From: a virus
Strand: one strand, 5' to 3'
IMG/VR virus record: IMGVR_UViG_3300002835_000030
Coordinates: 64,649-128,648 of that record
Length of the DNA: 64,000 nt
The translations under genes were made by a program, and so were the position numbers. The notes beneath the pieces were generated by a model. It was not told the origin of the DNA. It saw nothing but the letters and a program-made list of their open reading frames with translations, and made no database searches. Shown here piece by piece: positions 60,641 through 64,000 of the stretch (position 1 is its first letter; every line of letters begins with the position of its first letter).

Positions 60641-61936
60641 ATGGGATTCATAGATAGTGCAACTACAGTAACAATCAGAGCGAGATTAACTAATCTCGGA
60701 AGAGAGAAGATATTGACAAACAATAATACTATCTTCACTCATTTTATTTTGGGTGACTCTGACGCAAATTATAACACAATTGAAAAACTAACATCGGGAA
60801 AGATACCTACAGATAGTGGTAATTTAGGTGTGAATAGTACAACTAATGATAATATATTTGAGAATGTAGGTATTGGTAGTAAATTATTTGTGACTGTAGC
60901 TCCTACCACTAAAAAATTAGTAGAGAAAAATTCTAATAAAATTAATATGGAAATCACAAAAGTGGGTGAAAACACTGTCAGTGGTAGTTCTCTTACTTAT
61001 GTACAATTAGATAGGGATAATAATAGTAGTGTAAACACTAACTATTTTAAAAGTTTATCTTTGCCGATAAAAAAGGCAGATGTTAATGTATTCACAGGTA
61101 CGACATCACAAAACGGAGGATGGTCAGACACACCATTTAGTGGTTTAGGTGTAAGTAATGTACTTATGGGTGTAATCGACAATGATAAATATGGTGAGAT
61201 TATAGATGGTAAATCAGTTAAATTAGAGATACCTGTTTATACTGGATACACAACAGGTGGTACACCTACTGGTTTAACCACATATACATTATATGCAACA
61301 TACCCTAAAACTACAATCCCTAAAACAGATTTAGATTCAGATTATATTGATAGAAGTAGTTACCCACAAACATTATTTAAAAGAAAAATCAATGTATCTT
61401 ATTTAGTTTCTGATGATATACAGAAACCTAACAACGACACCTCTAAGAGTTGGGCGACTGGGTATAGTTCATTTAAACCATTTAGTTTAAACAATAAAGA
61501 ATTGATTAATGTGCAAACTATTTCATCTACAGGAATAAATGCAGACAAAATTGCGGGTGTGGTTTATTTAGATAAAGGTATTTTCGCAATTACAGATCAA
61601 ACCATTGTTAATAATGTTGCAACTAATTTCAGTGGTAATCCTGAAACTACAACAGTAAATAATTCATTAGGTCTTTACTATTATACTGGTGGTACTTATA
61701 ATTGTGTTGTAGATAGTGTACAAAAAGATTTAGTTCAGAACATTGTATGTATTGCGGCGAGAGGTGAGTTTTACAATTCACAAAATGAAACTCTAACTGT
61801 CACTGACGATGTTAGAATTAGTGAAGTGGCTATTACAGATGTGGCTGGTAATGTTTTGGCAATTGGTAAAACAGACAGACATATAGTTAAAAAGAAAAAC
61901 GATTTTGTAGTCTTTGACGTACAAATTGTTATATAA
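60641..61936 (+). CDS. Paralog of 58390 (tail/baseplate structural protein)
   Basis: ARLT..GRE.......F.LGDSD.NY; C-terminal ISEV...D..G..LAIGK....I.K. Confidence 0.6.
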   Translation: MGFIDSATTVTIRARLTNLGREKILTNNNTIFTHFILGDSDANYNTIEKLTSGKIPTDSGNLGVNSTTNDNIFENVGIGSKLFVTVAPTTKKLVEKNSNKINMEITKVGENTVSGSSLTYVQLDRDNNSSVNTNYFKSLSLPIKKADVNVFTGTTSQNGGWSDTPFSGLGVSNVLMGVIDNDKYGEIIDGKSVKLEIPVYTGYTTGGTPTGLTTYTLYATYPKTTIPKTDLDSDYIDRSSYPQTLFKRKINVSYLVSDDIQKPNNDTSKSWATGYSSFKPFSLNNKELINVQTISSTGINADKIAGVVYLDKGIFAITDQTIVNNVATNFSGNPETTTVNNSLGLYYYTGGTYNCVVDSVQKDLVQNIVCIAARGEFYNSQNETLTVTDDVRISEVAITDVAGNVLAIGKTDRHIVKKKNDFVVFDVQIVI

Positions 61937-61957
61937 TAGTAAGAAAAATAGTTTTTT

Positions 61958-62590
61958 ATGGGTAGAATACTGGGATTAGATGTCTCAACCAAAACGATCG
62001 GAATATCATTATTTGAAGACAATGGTAGTAGTGGTAAACTACAGATGTTGACACACATCACACCAATGGTAAAGCCGAAACCGCAAGATAACATTGAGTT
62101 GTTAATAAAAAAGGCACAAATATTTCAGTTTGAGTTTTTAGAGAAGTATAGTGATATCGATATTTCAAGGGTTATCATTGAGGAACCATTGGTGAGATCC
62201 AATAATGTAAATACTGTAGCGACATTATTGAGATTTAATGGTATGATTTGTAGGTCAGTATATGAGGTTTTAAATATCACACCAGAATTCATTTCTTCAT
62301 ATGATGCGAGAAAATTCGCATTTCCCGAATTAATGGAAATACGTAAGTTTAATAAAAAAGGTGAACCTTATGATGAAAAGGAAATTGCGAGAAAACAACC
62401 CGTTTTATTTGGTGGACATTCTTGGGAAATCGATAAGAAACAAGTTATATGGGAAAAAGTTAATGAGAAAGAACCCCAAATTGTATGGTTATATGATAGA
62501 CATCAAAAACTTTTAAAAGAAAATTATGATATGACTGACGCATATGCATGTGTTTTAGGACAAATGAGAAAAGAAGGTAAGTGGTTATAA
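61958..62590 (+). CDS. RuvC-like Holliday junction resolvase
   Basis: ILGLDVSTKTIG, VIIEEP, D..DAY: RNase H-fold acidic residues. Confidence 0.75.
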   Translation: MGRILGLDVSTKTIGISLFEDNGSSGKLQMLTHITPMVKPKPQDNIELLIKKAQIFQFEFLEKYSDIDISRVIIEEPLVRSNNVNTVATLLRFNGMICRSVYEVLNITPEFISSYDARKFAFPELMEIRKFNKKGEPYDEKEIARKQPVLFGGHSWEIDKKQVIWEKVNEKEPQIVWLYDRHQKLLKENYDMTDAYACVLGQMRKEGKWL

Positions 62591-62614
62591 TTTAAATATT
62601 ATAGTTAATTGTGG

Positions 62615-62647
62615 ATATCGATCTGAAAAGGTCGATATTTTTTTTTA
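62615..62647 (+). terminator. Rho-independent terminator
   Basis: ATATCGATCT-GAAA-AGGTCGATAT followed by a T-run. Confidence 0.8.
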
Positions 62648-62655
62648 TCTAAAAG

Positions 62656-62686
62656 TTTGTTTATTGGAAAAACTTGTGTATATTTG
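62656..62686 (+). promoter_or_regulatory. Bacteroidota-type housekeeping promoter TTTG-N19-TATATTTG
   Basis: TTTG at 62656-62659 and TATATTTG at 62679-62686, upstream of the primase. Confidence 0.65.
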
Positions 62687-62705
62687 TATTTAAATCTAAT
62701 AATTA

Positions 62706-63650
62706 GTGTCGGAATTAATAGTTGAAATATTAGAAGGTATATTGGGTGAGTCTAAAAACCATTATGAAAACAAAGGACAGATATCTTTTGATTGTCCCGT
62801 TTGTTCTAACCAATTAAAGGGTTTAGATAAAGGTGATGGTAAAGGAAACTTAGAGGTTAACTATGGATATCATGTTTATAAGTGTTGGGCATGTTCAGAA
62901 ACACACGATACACATGGTACACTATATAAACTAATTAAGACTTATGGTACTAAAGGGGATTTAAAAAAATATCGTTTAGTAAATCCTAACATAGAGATAA
63001 AAAAGAAAGAAGTAAAAGAGATAAAGGGATTACCAAAAGAGTTCATACCTTTATCCGAAGAGAATGGTAGTTACGAATATAAAAAGGCGGTAGAATACCT
63101 AACCAAAAGGAACATTGGTATGGATATTATTGAAAAATATAATATAGGTTACTGCGAACAAGGTGATTATTCACATAGGGTAGTATTCCCATCTTATGAT
63201 ATCCATAACGATATTAATTATTTCTTAGGTAGAAGTTATGAAAAGTACAGTAAACTAAAATATAAGAATCCTGAGATACCTAAAACAGAAATCATTTTCA
63301 ATGAAGGTAAGGTTAATTGGGATTCTAACATCTATATTGTTGAGGGTGTTTTTGATCATATAGTAGTACCTAATAGTATACCTATGTTGGGTAAAGTTAT
63401 GAGTGATGACTTATTTTCTAAGTTAGTTAAAAACGCTGAGTGTAAAGTTATAATACTTTTAGATTCTGACGCATATTTAGACGCTCTTAATTTATATAAA
63501 AAATTAAACTCTACTAAATTATATAATAGGGTTTATATAGTAAAATTACCTAATGGGTATGATATTTCAGATGTCAATCAGAAGTTAGGAAAAAAAGGGG
63601 TGATGAATGTATTATCTACCGCAAAAAAGATTAGAGAAAGTTTAATTTAA
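62706..63650 (+). CDS. dnaG: DNA primase (DnaG-like)
   Basis: CPVC...CWAC zinc finger, YL..R, R.VFP, GR, KYKNP, TOPRIM EGVFD and DSD; GTG start. Confidence 0.85.
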   Translation: MSELIVEILEGILGESKNHYENKGQISFDCPVCSNQLKGLDKGDGKGNLEVNYGYHVYKCWACSETHDTHGTLYKLIKTYGTKGDLKKYRLVNPNIEIKKKEVKEIKGLPKEFIPLSEENGSYEYKKAVEYLTKRNIGMDIIEKYNIGYCEQGDYSHRVVFPSYDIHNDINYFLGRSYEKYSKLKYKNPEIPKTEIIFNEGKVNWDSNIYIVEGVFDHIVVPNSIPMLGKVMSDDLFSKLVKNAECKVIILLDSDAYLDALNLYKKLNSTKLYNRVYIVKLPNGYDISDVNQKLGKKGVMNVLSTAKKIRESLI

Positions 63651-63697
63651 TATATATATATATAAATCTTCTTTTAATATTCTCCTAATTAAATTTT

Positions 63698-64000
63698 TCA
63701 TTCACCCACCTCTATTCTTGTGGTGTGATCCCAAGTGTCTATTACGTCAGTTTCTACATTATCCTCATCAATAATATATTCCTCTACCATATACTCTAAC
63801 ATTATTGGCATATAAGTTTTATGTGAATAATATTCATCATATCTTACAGTCGCAAAATAACTGCGAATACCTTTCATCTCTTTCAATTTGGGTAAGTCTA
63901 TTTGTTCGGGAGATATCGTTAATATTTTATCCCCCCATTTATTTACATTCTCATAAAAACACGCATAGATAAAATCTACCTCATCTGCGTCTTTATGACC
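63698..64000 (-). CDS. Hypothetical protein (5' end outside the window)
   Basis: Minus-strand frame is open from 64000 (GHKDADEVDFIYACF...) to the stop at 63698. Confidence 0.55.
   Translation of the reverse strand, partial: GHKDADEVDFIYACFYENVNKWGDKILTISPEQIDLPKLKEMKGIRSYFATVRYDEYYSHKTYMPIMLEYMVEEYIIDEDNVETDVIDTWDHTTRIEVGE

Noticed and set aside
148-62094. Numerous short minus-strand and alternate-frame ORFs in the track (e.g. 8190-8750, 11906-12412, 15486-16034, 23463-23951)
   Set aside because: They lie within or largely overlap long, motif-bearing + strand genes and have the Ser/Phe/Ile-rich composition expected of antisense shadows.
63649-63665. (TA)n run between convergent genes
   Set aside because: Low-complexity AT sequence; may help termination but supports no specific call.
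1-64000. Stop-codon reassignment, as in some large Bacteroidota phages
   Set aside because: Genes up to 7.9 kb are intact under the standard code, and TAA, TGA and TAG all end genes at sensible positions.
1-64000. CRISPR array, tRNA/rRNA genes or a diversity-generating retroelement
   Set aside because: No regularly spaced repeats, cloverleaf-like segments, reverse transcriptase or template/variable repeat pair were seen, and intergenic space is small. This was by eye only.

Overview
This is a 64 kb, AT-rich, almost entirely + strand segment of a large myovirus-like (jumbo) phage. The host is most likely Bacteroidota, judged from TTTG-N19/20-TAnnTTTG promoters, absence of Shine-Dalgarno sequences and a host-type beta-propeller domain. 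Gene order: tail tube, two free-standing endonucleases, a block of putative head-internal proteins, tail chaperone, tape measure, tube-initiator/LysM/hub genes, a replication block (gp32-like SSB, RecA/UvsX, 5'-3' exonuclease, DnaB with intein, nrdB, nrdA), gp25, an antisense Hef-like endonuclease, gp6, a long operon of very large baseplate/tail proteins, RuvC-like resolvase and primase. No rRNA, tRNA or CRISPR array was recognised. Main leads: (1) a shared N-terminal leader with L/I-x-E-Q sites on otherwise unrelated cargo proteins, one with a pre-toxin-like membrane domain; (2) a likely +1/-2 frameshift in the tail chaperone; (3) three promoter classes, including a recurring ATATTTAT motif that sometimes lies inside hairpins; (4) a candidate structured ncRNA; (5) a class-3-signature intein; (6) a degenerate GH19 domain; (7) pervasive [ST]-[GA]-x-T and Cys-Cys motifs in virion proteins. 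All assignments come from reading motifs by eye; no database search was run.
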